Of a stretch of DNA of 44,189 nt, positions 9,746 through 21,225 are shown in pieces (position 1 is the stretch's first letter; each line of letters opens with the position of its first letter). This stretch comes from Folioceros fuciformis. Taxonomy: Eukaryota. Made by a program: the position numbers and the translations under genes. The notes beneath the pieces were generated by a model. That model had not been told where the DNA came from. It made no database searches and saw only the letters and a program-made list of their open reading frames with translations. The DNA lies in contig JBNGIO010005967.1 in the NCBI GenBank assembly GCA_049999805.1, forward strand, positions 65,362 through 109,550, written 5' to 3'.

Positions 9746-12700
9746 TCAGGCTGTCCTGGGTTTCAAATACACCTGGCTCTTCAAGATCTTGCTCTTCGCC
9801 TCGAAACCAGGCATGACCATGAAATCCACTGTAGCCTCGGAGGGAGGGTCACCGGGAATCTTTTCTGGTCGGGTAGAGTTCCGGGCTGCTGAGGGCAACT
9901 TTCCTTTCATGTGGGGAACGAAGTTCCACTTCGCGCCCGATATGACGAAGTCTCCGATCATGCTGTGCATGTCCACCAGCTCCATGTATGTTTCATTGAA
10001 GTCTGTGCCTCTGTCAATGTACAGCATGGTGGCTGGAGGTTCCAGAGAGAAGGCCAGCTTGTGCACTCGCCAAACTTGCTTCATGGCATCAAAGAAGCTG
10101 TGGAGGAGCAATCGAGGCCATGACTCGATTTTCAGCCCCATCCTCTTCTGTATCATACTCAGCTTCCTTCTGCAAAACTGGTAGAAGTCTTGGAGCTCGC
10201 CGTTGTGGACATGCTTGTGTGGCATGTTGATGCCTTGCTCAGGAAACACACACGAGAGACGGTGGAACTTCTCGAGGAACACCTCCCTGCGGAATCTGGT
10301 GCTAGGAAAAGCGTACCTCGCTGGGTCCAACCCGTAGGACTCTTCATGGAAGTGGAGAAATATGGTGTCATTCAGACAAGCTTGAATGCCAAAATGCCGA
10401 TGCTCAGCCTCGGCAAACTGAGCCTCTGGAAGAAAGTTACGCAGCAACGCTGCTAGTTCACGACTCTCGTAGTCGAGGAATTCCTCTCGGCAGTTGATCA
10501 GGCAGGCACAGAAGTTGCGGAGAGAAACTTTGGCAAGCCTCACTATGCCCTCGAAGAACGTTACTTCTGTATAGAAACTCCATATCGTAAGCCTCCGGTC
10601 CTGGAATGGACTCAGGCTTCTACGCTGTTGGCCAACTCCACTTTGCCCGGGGCAGTCAAAGCTCAAACCTGAGCCCGATGAAAGAGTGCTAAAGTGAGAC
10701 TGACCATTGACGGATCCCGAGATCTTCTTCTCGAATGGAGTCTCTGAACTTGAGTGACGATGACAGCACGGGCAAGACTCTGTTTCCTGTAGGAACTTCT
10801 CTACATTTTCCAACTCATCACTGGGAAAACTGTATCTTGAACTTCTGTGGGACTTCCAAGGATGCCCCATCTTCCTCCACGGGGTTTCATGCCTAGTAGT
10901 GGCTACACCTGCGTATGTTCCCCCGCGGCCTCCTGTCAATAGGGCTCCTTTGTCAAACAATCCCTTTCCTTCCATTACATCATCCAGCTTGAGGTATTCC
11001 CCATCCTTCTCAAATGGAGATGGTAGGGAGAAAACATGTGGGCCTCTCGGCTGCCTGGACTTCATGGTCTCTTCCCAGGTGCGCAAGCCACCTGAAAAGT
11101 CAGGTGAGTCGGCTGAATACGTCCGGCTTCTGTCCTCCAAATTCAGTGCCTCGCAGGCAACACAATCTGTTTTGCTCCCCCCTAGTTGTTCTCTGTCCCA
11201 TCCTGGATGCTGCTGAGCCCGACTCATTGCAGGGAACTTCATGGATTGTGGAAAGGTATCGGTCCATCTGCATGATGTAATGGATTCAGGCTCCATGTGC
11301 TCAACGTTGCTCGCCTTCGATAACGTGCTCGCAGCGTTGCTTCTCTGGAAATATCCGTTGTCGTTGAAAACTCTCTCCACAAGTGTCAGCCCGTCTGGAA
11401 AGGACCTGTTCTGTAGATCCCCCTTCTTGGACGAGCTGCACTCATAGGATATTCTAGCAGGAGCACTGTTCTCCTGGGGGCATGCTCTGCAAACATGTCT
11501 CCCCTCCCCTGGTACTAGCATTTTTCCAAGAGACAGTCCAGTCCCATGAGATGAAAGGGATGTCATTGAGATGGATTGGGATGCCAAACTACGGTCAAGA
11601 CCCATGTTCCGGCCATCTGACAAACTTTTTCCCACGTTCTGCGTGATCTTAGAGGTGTGCCTCTGCGTTGTCTTAGACGTCTTCTCACTGCCGATAGCTT
11701 TTCCAGAAGAATTCCGGACGTAGCAGTAACACATAGTGTCTACCACATGTTCTTTGTGCCAGCTACCGTTGCTTCGTGAACTGACGCTCCCCTTCCTTCT
11801 GCTGGACACTGTGTCAGAGTCCTCTTCTTGGAGAGCTTGTCTCAACGTGCAGACTTCCCTATATTTCTGCAAGTACAGCAACTGCTTCAAAGTGGCATTG
11901 CTGTCTGTGGATGATCTTGGCGAGTTATCACAAGCCTCCGAAATTTCAGATCCACTGGAAAGTCTTGGATGGTGAGGAGGAGGGACCAGACTTCTCTTGC
12001 TGAGAAAGGGAACGTCCAAGACATTAGTTGGCTTGTCCACCTGGTGTACAAAAAGGCATGATATGATCAATGACATGATCTAAGTATACCTTAAGGAAGT
12101 GAGGTAACCTTTAAACATAAAAAGCGCACTTCACTCACCACACTGAACAGGGGATAGCTGTCTCGCCTCTGTTCGAGAGGCCTGAGGGGTTGCTGACATG
12201 TTTGGATGATGATTCCACTATTAGATTGTTGTGCAGTGCTGGATTCCGCTCCTACACCATTGGCGCTTCTCGATACTTTACTTCTGTCATACCTTGCCTT
12301 TACTGTGAGTATGTCTGCAGAACCTTTGTCTGCAACCATCTCCTCCTGCCGTGGCACATTCAGGCTATACACGTTTCTCCGTTTGCCAGTGCATTTTCCA
12401 GCATCGAGCTCAACATGACTGCAATCGTCCACGCCGGTAACGTGCCTCGCAGATCTTGTCCTCGCACCCAGGTTGTTGGCATGAACAGATACCGTTGCCC
12501 TGCTCACCTCATGAGTACGCCGCTTATCCTTGCACAACCGCTCATCACATGACTGCTCCGCCGGAGGGCCGGGCTTGTCCCATACCTGTCTGTTGGAGGC
12601 ATTGACGGATGATGTTGCCACATCCGTGTGATGACGACCTACCGATGCTTTCTTCCCTTTCACCGCCCGCTGCATCACATCGTCCCTAACGTCTTCCGCG

Positions 12701-13803
12701 AGTCGCATCTCTTCGTACAACTGATCCAGGTCACGCCATCGTCCGGACCCATTCGTACAAACAGCTCTCCGTGGCAGCGATAGCAACTCCACTTGAGAGG
12801 GATGTAACTTTTGAGTACCGTCAATACTGTGCCTCCTCATCATATCTGATTTCTTGGCATTCACGGGCAAGGAGAATCGGGACATTTCACTCCTGGTAAG
12901 ATGCTGAATGGAAGGACCTCGCTCGAACTCAACTCCGCTCCACTGCGGAGTTCGGATGGCTAATCCCTTAGACGGAATCACCTCCAGACTAGTCCAGTCA
13001 GGGGAACTGTATCTCCGGCTTTGCGTTGAGCTAGCATTTATCTTCCTGCCAGGATCCGGAACTTCACTTTTCTTCGAGCCCTTTGAAGGTGCAGAGCCTC
13101 CCTGTACTTGAAAAACTGTAGCTCCATTGACAGGCCCTGAAGAAGCTGTAGAAACATCGGCACATGTGGTCCCTCCACGGCCAACAAGTCCAAGCTTAGG
13201 AGTATCCAGCGGCTCCACCTCATGGAAATGTGCTCCAACCGAAGGGGCCCCGTTGCCAGACCGATTCTCTAGCAAGCTTACAGACTCTATTCCTCGCTTC
13301 TCAACACGCTCGTGCTCCCGCGATCTGCTGCAATACGAGCCAGACTTGGCGGTTTCCACCTGGCATCTTACCCAGGCGGTGGATGAAATTATTGGACCAG
13401 CTTCCGTAACAGCTGCATTGGCATTCAATGCATCCTTGTCTGTAGCCAAGGAGTCGTTCAAGAGAAAGTTGTCCACGACATCTTTCCCGTGCTTGGACGC
13501 CGGCGATAAAGTCCTCTTGGCATAGCCCCGGCTATTTCCCTTCCTGCCCTCAGACGGAGAGACTACTGCGCTGTCGACGCTATTCTGCGCGCGTTTTCCC
13601 CTCCCACAGTCTGGAGTGAGCAACTCTTCCCCTTGCAACACCGGTGAACCTGACGTTACACTCCCAGAAATATCAAGATTCGAGATAAATTCCAGCACAG
13701 TCAGAAAATCTTCTTCCGAGTTGGTAAAACTGCTCGCATCAAAGCTCAGACCAGGCTTCATTGATCTTCCCGACGTATACTCAGCCGCAACAGACGACTT
13801 CAT
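9746..13803 (-). CDS. GIL1/IRKI (IRK-interacting, DUF641-related) family protein with a very long Ser-rich N-terminus, ~1320 aa, 2 coding exons
   Basis: Exon 1 from ATG 13803 to donor at 12138 or 12129, acceptor cag at 12041, exon 2 12040-9746, phase 0. C-terminus FFDAMKQVWRVHKLAFSLEPPATMLYIDRGTDFNETYME...VDFMVMPGF...ILKSQVYL matches the GIL1/IRKI C-terminal domain. Confidence 0.8.
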
Positions 13804-14780
13804 TTTGCGCCTCGTCTGACCAAATGACAGTCCAACAACCTCCTCACGCTGCACGATGCGACTGGCTATACAGCATGACGAAAGGCTACCAAGCCTCGAG
13901 CCCTTCCATCATCACCTCCGCTATCTCCCAACTCCTTCACAAGAAAAGTCCAGCTGCCTCAATCAGCCACTGCAGGCAAGACTGCTGACCAGCTTGCAGC
14001 ACTCCGGACTCTCGCTCAACATAAAGCTCCACGCTAAATAACAAAAAACAACGCGCAGAACACCAGACTATGGAGCAGAATATCCTCCACCTACACTTCA
14101 TTCGAGGTCAAAAGCTGAAACTCGCTTCCGGCGACAAAAACGCAATCGAGCGACGACGATATCATCCACTCGTCCTCCACCTCCGCAAGCACACTCGCTC
14201 ACTCCACCACAGCAAGAACAACAACAGATCGCAGTGCCCCAGCCCGCACTCTCTCCCTCACCGTGTACAACTCCAACACTCCAACACGAGCTGAACTCCT
14301 CCCTCACCAATTCTTCCACCCCACCGAACTTCCAACCAAATCACTTTCAACCTCAAACCACCTATCTCCTCCAAAAGCACACTCTCTCAGCGCCATCCTT
14401 CACAAAACCATGCACCGAAGCCCCGGCAGCCATCCAATCCATGCATTGAAATTTCCAGAATCCCACACAACTTCATCCATGTGACCAACGTGACTGCACG
14501 CTACCAAACCCTTTGCCTTCCTTCGCTTTCCGCAGCTTTCCTTAGACTTCTTTCAAGCAGTCCTGTTCATAAGGAGGGACATCGACATCAGGTACGCGTG
14601 TGCAGCTTTATCCTTCCAGTCACACCACCTCCATCTCCATCTCCAACTCGGCCGTTCGCAATTTTCTTTCCTCGGCGCCTGCAGCACCAGCAAAAGGAGA
14701 AGACAGAGCGCTAGCTGCAGTCGCCACCGTTGCCATGGCCGGCTGGAGTCGACCTGGCCCTCGCACGCACAAGCCGAAGC

Positions 14781-14862
14781 CGCAGCAGGAGCAGGTGCAG
14801 GTGCAGCAGCAGCAGCAGAAGGCAGGCCCGGGCCCGTGCCGGACCGGACCGGGCCGGGCCAG
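14781..14862. repeat. CAG-rich microsatellite followed by GC-rich GGCCC/CCGG cluster (probable leader/promoter of the GIL1/IRKI-like gene)
   Basis: gcagcaggagcaggtgcaggtgcagcagcagcagcag then ggcccgggcccgtgccggaccggaccgggccgggcc; the regulatory role is inference. Confidence 0.45.
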
Positions 14863-16147
14863 TGTCCGGTCCCTGTCCCCGTTCAGGGAAGTCACGGGAC
14901 GGCATCGACGGACGTAGAGTTTCGCCTTTTGACAGCGTCAAGCGCACCCTATCCGGACAAACGCAAGATATCGCTACGTTTTCTATTTTCGAGACAACGT
15001 GGTACAGGCGGCCGCTGTATAACGGAAGAAACAATAAAGGCTTGGCTTGCATTGTCAGACATCCGCGATACCTGTAGGCTTACGTCGGGTCCATTCTCCA
15101 AGGCTGCGGCAACCACAGGAATAGTCCGCTCCGACAGAGCTATTCCGACTCTCAGGTTTCCTCGACCCTACCCAAACCAGCATTAAGCTGTAGACTGGAC
15201 TACAACCATGGATGCAACGAGCGTGTGCAGTATGCAGTGTGCAGTATCTCTGTGGAATCTGCGTCTGTTGTTTGGATAGGAGAACAGCAAGGGACATCAT
15301 TGAGCACAGTTCATCCACCGTCCATGTTTCCACACAGGTTGAGCCAATTGGAGGGCTGCACGGTTACCCTCAAAAGTTTGCCAAGGAAGCACAGTTGATC
15401 CAGTTGCTGAGTTGTTTGTTTTTTCTGTCCTCCACGAGGGAAGTCGTGGTCTGTGAAGCTTCTGACCTGCAATAGCGTATGGTGGGCGCACGTCAGGGAA
15501 CAGTACCAACGGGATTGTGAATCAGGTGTCGGACTGCCATCATGGGCATTAACGAACAATAGTAAAGAATGACCGGATTCAACTTGTCCCTTAAACTCCC
15601 CCTGGGGAGACCAAGCTACATTATGACCCTGTTGGAGTCCTGCTGTGAAAGGCCTTTCTCTGCTCACAGAAACTTCTACGGATGACTTCACAATTACTGC
15701 ACTCATGTGGGAGGAGGCTTGGGACCCTTTAGAGATGTGGGCTCGGGAAAAGAGAGCAACAGCAGCAGATCAAATAACATACTCTTGAACGGGACGTCAG
15801 ATGGACAGGATGCAACATTGAAGCCGGAGGCATGGTAGCCTATTGGGATTCTCAAATCACTGGTGACGCGATATGACGAACGTGGCAATCTGCTCGTGCC
15901 AACATCTACAAGCGACAATCCAGGAAAACTACTGATTACCGCCTGCAGTTTCGGACAGCACGGCGGGGGGGAAGCTTTTCAGTCTTGCATCTGCTGACGA
16001 ACGCTCGGAGACTGTGCACAACTTGAAGCTTAATTAGAAGGGAACCGGACGGTTCTCGCGATGATGGGAAGAAACGATGCTTGGAGACCAGATTCCTGCA
16101 TATTGTCGACAGCACACGGCCATATCGTCCTCGGCCGAACGGAGGAT

Positions 16148-17853
16148 TCAACGCATGTTGCCTTCACGGAGCACGTCGATCATGTTATACAGCTTCTTCT
16201 CTGCACGTTCTTGGATCTGCCACAGCATAACAAGGGTGGGGGCACGTGAGTGCGTCAAAGTGTAATGTACCCAGCAAATGAATCCGCGAAGGCTTTGGCT
16301 AAGGAGTAAGAGCAATGCAAAATCGGTATTTTGGGGCCACCTTCTTCGCCAGGAAATGCACAGCATCAACCGTGCCTTCTGCGTAGATTGCCCTTCCGCA
16401 GACGTTGTGCTGAAACTGAAAGGAGACTCTGGAAGGAATGGGCAACCCAACGTAAGCAAGATGTGCGTGAGCGGGTTCGCATGGGTTGTGTCCACGAGGC
16501 TTTACTTACAGGCCGTTAGGTGACAAAAGCTTGTAGGTGTGAAACGCGTGACCATCAATGTAGTCTTCAGGAACTCCCATCTCCACCTGACCAGCCTTGT
16601 CTCTTACTTTGTGAATCTGCAACAAGGAAGCTGGGAGTTTCAGCAAGTAGGTGCACACAATCAGCCCTGGATGTCACACAAACTGGAGGCAATTGGATGT
16701 TGTAAAGGATTACCTCAGAAACCTCAAACTCACAGCCCGCCTTGTTCAAGCTGGCTACCACAGCTTTGGCTGTGCCTGAAGTGTCCTTTTTGGAGGACGG
16801 GTGTGACTCAGTCACCTGCAGAACCAGTATCATCAGACGAAGAAAACGTTTTATCAGCGGGCCAACAAACGCAGCATCTAGACGAAGATGGGAAGCTCAC
16901 CTCCAACTTGTAACCGGCAAAAGCTCCGGGAAACTGCTCCCCCAAAATATCCAACGCAGCTTGGAAGGCAACGACCTGAGAGACGGGTTTACTCGGGGAG
17001 GAAGCGGGAAGGGACACGACATGCTCTGGTGCTTGTTTCTCCAGTCCAAGGTTACCTGCTTACCCATGTTGGGTGCAATCACAGCATACACGCCAGCCGC
17101 TGCCGCGGTCTCCAGCAGCTTGGCAGTGTCTCCCCCAGTAGTTCCCATCACAAACGGCAGCTTCCACTTGCAGTAAGCTTCTGCATTTCCTGTGAAACAA
17201 AACAAGCAAGCTCAAACAAGCAACAGCACACAGCTCCCCAACGCGTACCATCAAATAGGCACCCGCTTTCTCACCGTTCACAGAGCTAGGCTGTGTGTAG
17301 TCCACCACAACCACTTTCTGAAAACGTCGAGCCACATCTTCCAGCACGCTATCCTTCCTCGACACATCATACAACCTGATATCCACGTTCCCTACCCGGC
17401 GGCTACTCTCTCCTTCTATGCTCAAGGAGAAAGGGACAAGCTCCAACCCATCTGCTGCATCCACGGCTTCTGCCACCGCCGTCCCCATCTTCCCCAGCCC
17501 ATTAACCTGCCACAAGATGCTGTCATCAATGAACTCCATCAGAAACGACACTGCCCACCAAGCACACATCCCCAAAACAGACAACCCACCAGCACATGCG
17601 TCAGCGGAGGGACTGCCTCCCTCCCTTCCTGAAAGTCCACCAGCACGCCATGACCTGGAGCCGCCACGGCAGTAGAAAACCTAGAGCTTCTCTGCCCATC
17701 CTGCAAACCGCTGCACCTTGACAAACCTGTGAAGGCATCCTTGTAACAGGCGCAGCCTGTTGGTGGGCAGGAAAAAAGCCTGTTGCCGACGCCCAAGTCG
17801 CGATCTTGGACAGCAAGGGACGCAGCCGCCGAGCCTACCAACGCAACCTGCAT
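16148..17853 (-). CDS. DAPB: 4-hydroxy-tetrahydrodipicolinate reductase, plastid-targeted (339 aa, 8 exons)
   Basis: Exons 17853-17641, 17506-17275, 17189-17056, 16975-16901, 16815-16714, 16616-16510, 16428-16341, 16216-16148 (1020 nt, all GT-AG). Motifs VNGLGKMG, VDYTQP, PFVMGTTGG, APNMGKQVVAF, ESHPSSKKDTSGTAK, GHAFHTY, QHNVCGRAIYAEGTVDAV, YNMIDVLREGNMR. Confidence 0.93.
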
Positions 17854-19877
17854 TTCGTCTGGTGTGAACGAGATCTCGCGCTAGTAGACACACCCGTCTC
17901 ACTGTCCTTGTTCAGACGGACTCCACATCCTGCTTACGCTTTCGGTAGGACCGGCAGTCCGTTGCTGTTGGTGCAATGCTAGATGTGGGTTAAATTGGGC
18001 AGCTCATATTTCTTTCGATTGTCTGTCTTCGGTGCTTGGTTAGTCTACCCCCAACCTCTCCCACATACACATATAGATGGGTATTTCCTATGATAGATGG
18101 GTATTTTCTATGATTGAAAAAGAGATGGAAAGTACCATCTACTCCATTATGGAGGAACAACTTATTAGGATTAAAGGTAAAAAAACAGTAATTTTTTTAT
18201 AAATATCAGTTTCAAAAAATATCTATTGCTCCCAAAATGTCATGATGTAGAATAATAAAAGATGTACGTTATTTGCCCTCAAGTTTTATCAATGTAGCAC
18301 CCCATCCCACCAAATCATAGGCTTGGCAAGAATAAGGCACCTATGATCCTTACTGTGGAATAATCCTAGTGTTGCACATCTTAGTTCCATAATCCTATTG
18401 TTACACATGTTAGGAAAATACTATCAAAATACATAGTGCATAGTTGCACATTTCAGCTCCTATGGAATATACAAAATCTATATAGAGTACCAAAAGAAAG
18501 AATCCAACTTCTTTCTAATATGATGGATGAAATCAATACCATCCTATCCTATTCTATTTATGTGGATAACATGTGCTTGTGTGCACCTTTGTAGGGTTTA
18601 GATTGTTATGTTATTTGTAGATATGTCTTTCACTCAAAGAGAACTCTCAACAATTCTATGGTGCATGTACAAAACAATTTGTCCTCAACCAATTTTGAAA
18701 TCCAGTGAAACTTCTAGTCCTAAAGACACTCTATGATTTGCGAGTGCAAGATAGTTTGTCATTGTCGACATGTATGACACATAACTTCTTCTTTGAGATC
18801 CTTTCATGGTTTGGAGTCACAAGAACTTGAATGGCTAGAAGTTGGAAGTTTAAAATGCAATCTATTGTAAAATCAGTGAGCTATTGATAGTGATAGTCCT
18901 GATTCTAGACCATCAGTTGTGACTGTGAAGAGCATGGAATTCTCTTTGGCACCATCATCCTCTTCTGCTGGATATGAAGAACAATGAGCTGCCTTCTTCA
19001 TCACACCATCATGTTTGGTGAGGTGACTAGGGGTTCTCTTCCTCTCTATTTTCAAGTCTTGGAAAGTCTTGGAGACTTGGGATGGGGCTGACTAGGTCTT
19101 CCTTCAGAGTTGCTTTTAACTTCTTCTGAACTATGCTACAAACAATAAGGACAATGGTTGCAGAATTAAGGCAATCTTGCAGTGAGTGGTCTATTTGGAC
19201 GTAAGTCTTATGAAGACATTCCTTATTATAATAAGGAAATTTTGTTTATGTGCACAACTACCACAACTTTGGTGTACACAATCACGAAGTCTAGACCAAA
19301 ACCAAGCAGCGAGACCCATGCTCGCTGATGCTTGATGCTTGATGCTGAAATTGGCTGATTCTCTTTACTACGTAGCCATCAGAAGTGCAATTTCCTTCAG
19401 AAGAAGAAGAGTATGGCTGCTGTGAGATTTGCAGCTGTAGTGTACCTTCCACTGGACTGAGCGTGTTGTGCACCCGCCGTTTTTTGGTTCAGACACTCAG
19501 CGCAGAGACTAATTCATGAGGGGGAAGAAGCGGCAATCACCACAAGCTGAGGAGAAACCGTGGCCATAGAACCATGGCCAGCAGCAAGATTATTGAATGC
19601 AAAGCTTGTCATCACAAGGTTGTGTCACCACAAGTTTGTAGCACCACAAGTTTGTGTCACTCACATTCCAAGCACCTCCGGTTATTCTGCCTGGAAAGGC
19701 TGAGCTTGTAACATCCATGCGTTGGGGACGGATGCCCTGTCTGACAGCATTGCAGCTAGTGCTTGCTTTAATTCTGCTGACCGCTCCACATCAGATTCCG
19801 CTCAAGGCGTGCACAATATCACATTGTGCGTTATTGAACAATGTGCAGCTGCAGTGCAAGAATTGTATGAATTTTGC

Positions 19878-20459
19878 CTACATCAATGCCGCTGCAGCAA
19901 GAGTGACAGCCGCAACCGCGAGGAAAGATCCCATGGCCGTCGCCCTGGGAGTGGACGAGCCGCTAGGAGCCGGTCCAGGAGCAGGAAGGAAGGAGGCGGA
20001 AGGAGATTGCACCGGGGCAGCAGGGATTGGAGGAGCCGGAGTCGCGGGAATCGGGGGAGTCGAGGGAGTCCGGGGAGTCGGGGGAGTGTGGGGAGACGCA
20101 GCAGGCGGAGTAGAGGCAGGAGCGCAGGCGGACGGAGAGACGGGAACTTGGCATAGCGCCGGGAGCTGTAGGGCGAGCGTGAGGTTGATCTTGAACTGGC
20201 CCGGGTTGGCCAGGAGTTCGCACAGGCATTCCACGTGGTTTGAGGCGACATCCTTCAGGCCGCTGCAACACTGTGCCGAAGGAGAGGTTGCTGCACCGGA
20301 TGCGAAGTCCAGGCACGGCCCCAGCTCCTGGAACGGCGCTAGGCAGGCCGAGTCTACGGGAGCGGGAGCCGATTGTGCATCTGTCCGGTCGAGGCTGGCG
20401 AACGCTGTCAGAGCCACTGCCAGCAGCAGGAGGAGCATGGAGCATCTGGAGGCAGCCAT
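19878..20459 (-). CDS. GPI-anchored non-specific lipid transfer protein (LTPG/xylogen-like), 193 aa
   Basis: Signal peptide MAASRCSMLLLLLAVALTAFA; 8-Cys motif C-C-CC-CxC-C-C; Pro/Ala/Thr/Ser-rich AGP-like stalk; hydrophobic C-terminal GPI signal; intronless. Confidence 0.9.
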   Translation of the reverse strand: MAASRCSMLLLLLAVALTAFASLDRTDAQSAPAPVDSACLAPFQELGPCLDFASGAATSPSAQCCSGLKDVASNHVECLCELLANPGQFKINLTLALQLPALCQVPVSPSACAPASTPPAASPHTPPTPRTPSTPPIPATPAPPIPAAPVQSPSASFLPAPGPAPSGSSTPRATAMGSFLAVAAVTLAAAALM

Positions 20460-21225
20460 GGCCGTTTCCGATGGACCGGTGATGCGACTACCAGTGCTTT
20501 TGCTCAGTATGGACCCGGAGTCGGTGGCGTTGAGAGTCCCATCCGCGGGGCTGCACATATAGTGCTCTGACAGTAAGGCGACCGCGACGAGGGCTGCATC
20601 GAGCGATGCCTCCGAGAGGATGTATGGGGATTGTGACACTTGGAAGTCAGTTTGTCTCCGTCTCCAAGAGGATGTGAGAGGATTATGACACTTGGGAGTC
20701 AGTTCGTCTCCGCAGACCGTTTCTTGCAAAGAACGTGGTATGGGGTTGGGGTTCTAGGTTCGGACGGATCGAGCTCTGAGGAGGAAAGCATCTTCGTTTA
20801 CTGCCCGAGTGTTCGGAGGACGGTAAGAATCATGGTATTTTCGTTTATTTTGGCCTGGAGTGAATCTGGAACTAGTAGAGTAACAGGATGTTTCTGCACG
20901 AGAGAGTCTGGAGCATCAAATATTCGTCCCTCCTCCAGACACCAACTGAGCATGCAAGGGACACGCAGAGGGGCCAGGGCGGGCCTTGAAGACAACGTCA
21001 ATTGCCCTCGGCATGAACGGTCTCAGACCAGCCAGCACCGGGACTGACAACTACCTGGGGAATTGGTGAGCAGTACCTCTCGCTGGGAGGAGAAATTAAA
21101 GAGTCTGTCAGCGGTAGATCGTGGTTTTTTAGTGAGGCCCGTCCTGCTCTCTCATCTATCAGGAACTGGTGCGGAGTGGTGTAGTGGTCATCCTTTTGTG
21201 GGAGGAGAATTCTGTGGAGCTTGTA

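Noticed and set aside
14098-14895. Cys-rich short ORFs (CCCSCC, CCCCCTCTCSCC) as metallothionein-like peptides
   Set aside because: Explained by CAG/CAA microsatellite-like sequence read on the minus strand; non-ATG starts.
19654-20562. 302-aa plus-strand Gly-rich ORF
   Set aside because: Antisense mirror of the Pro/Ala-rich LTPG gene.
20460-20729. 90-aa N-terminal extension of the LTPG ORF
   Set aside because: It begins at a non-ATG codon, and the signal peptide starts at ATG 20459.
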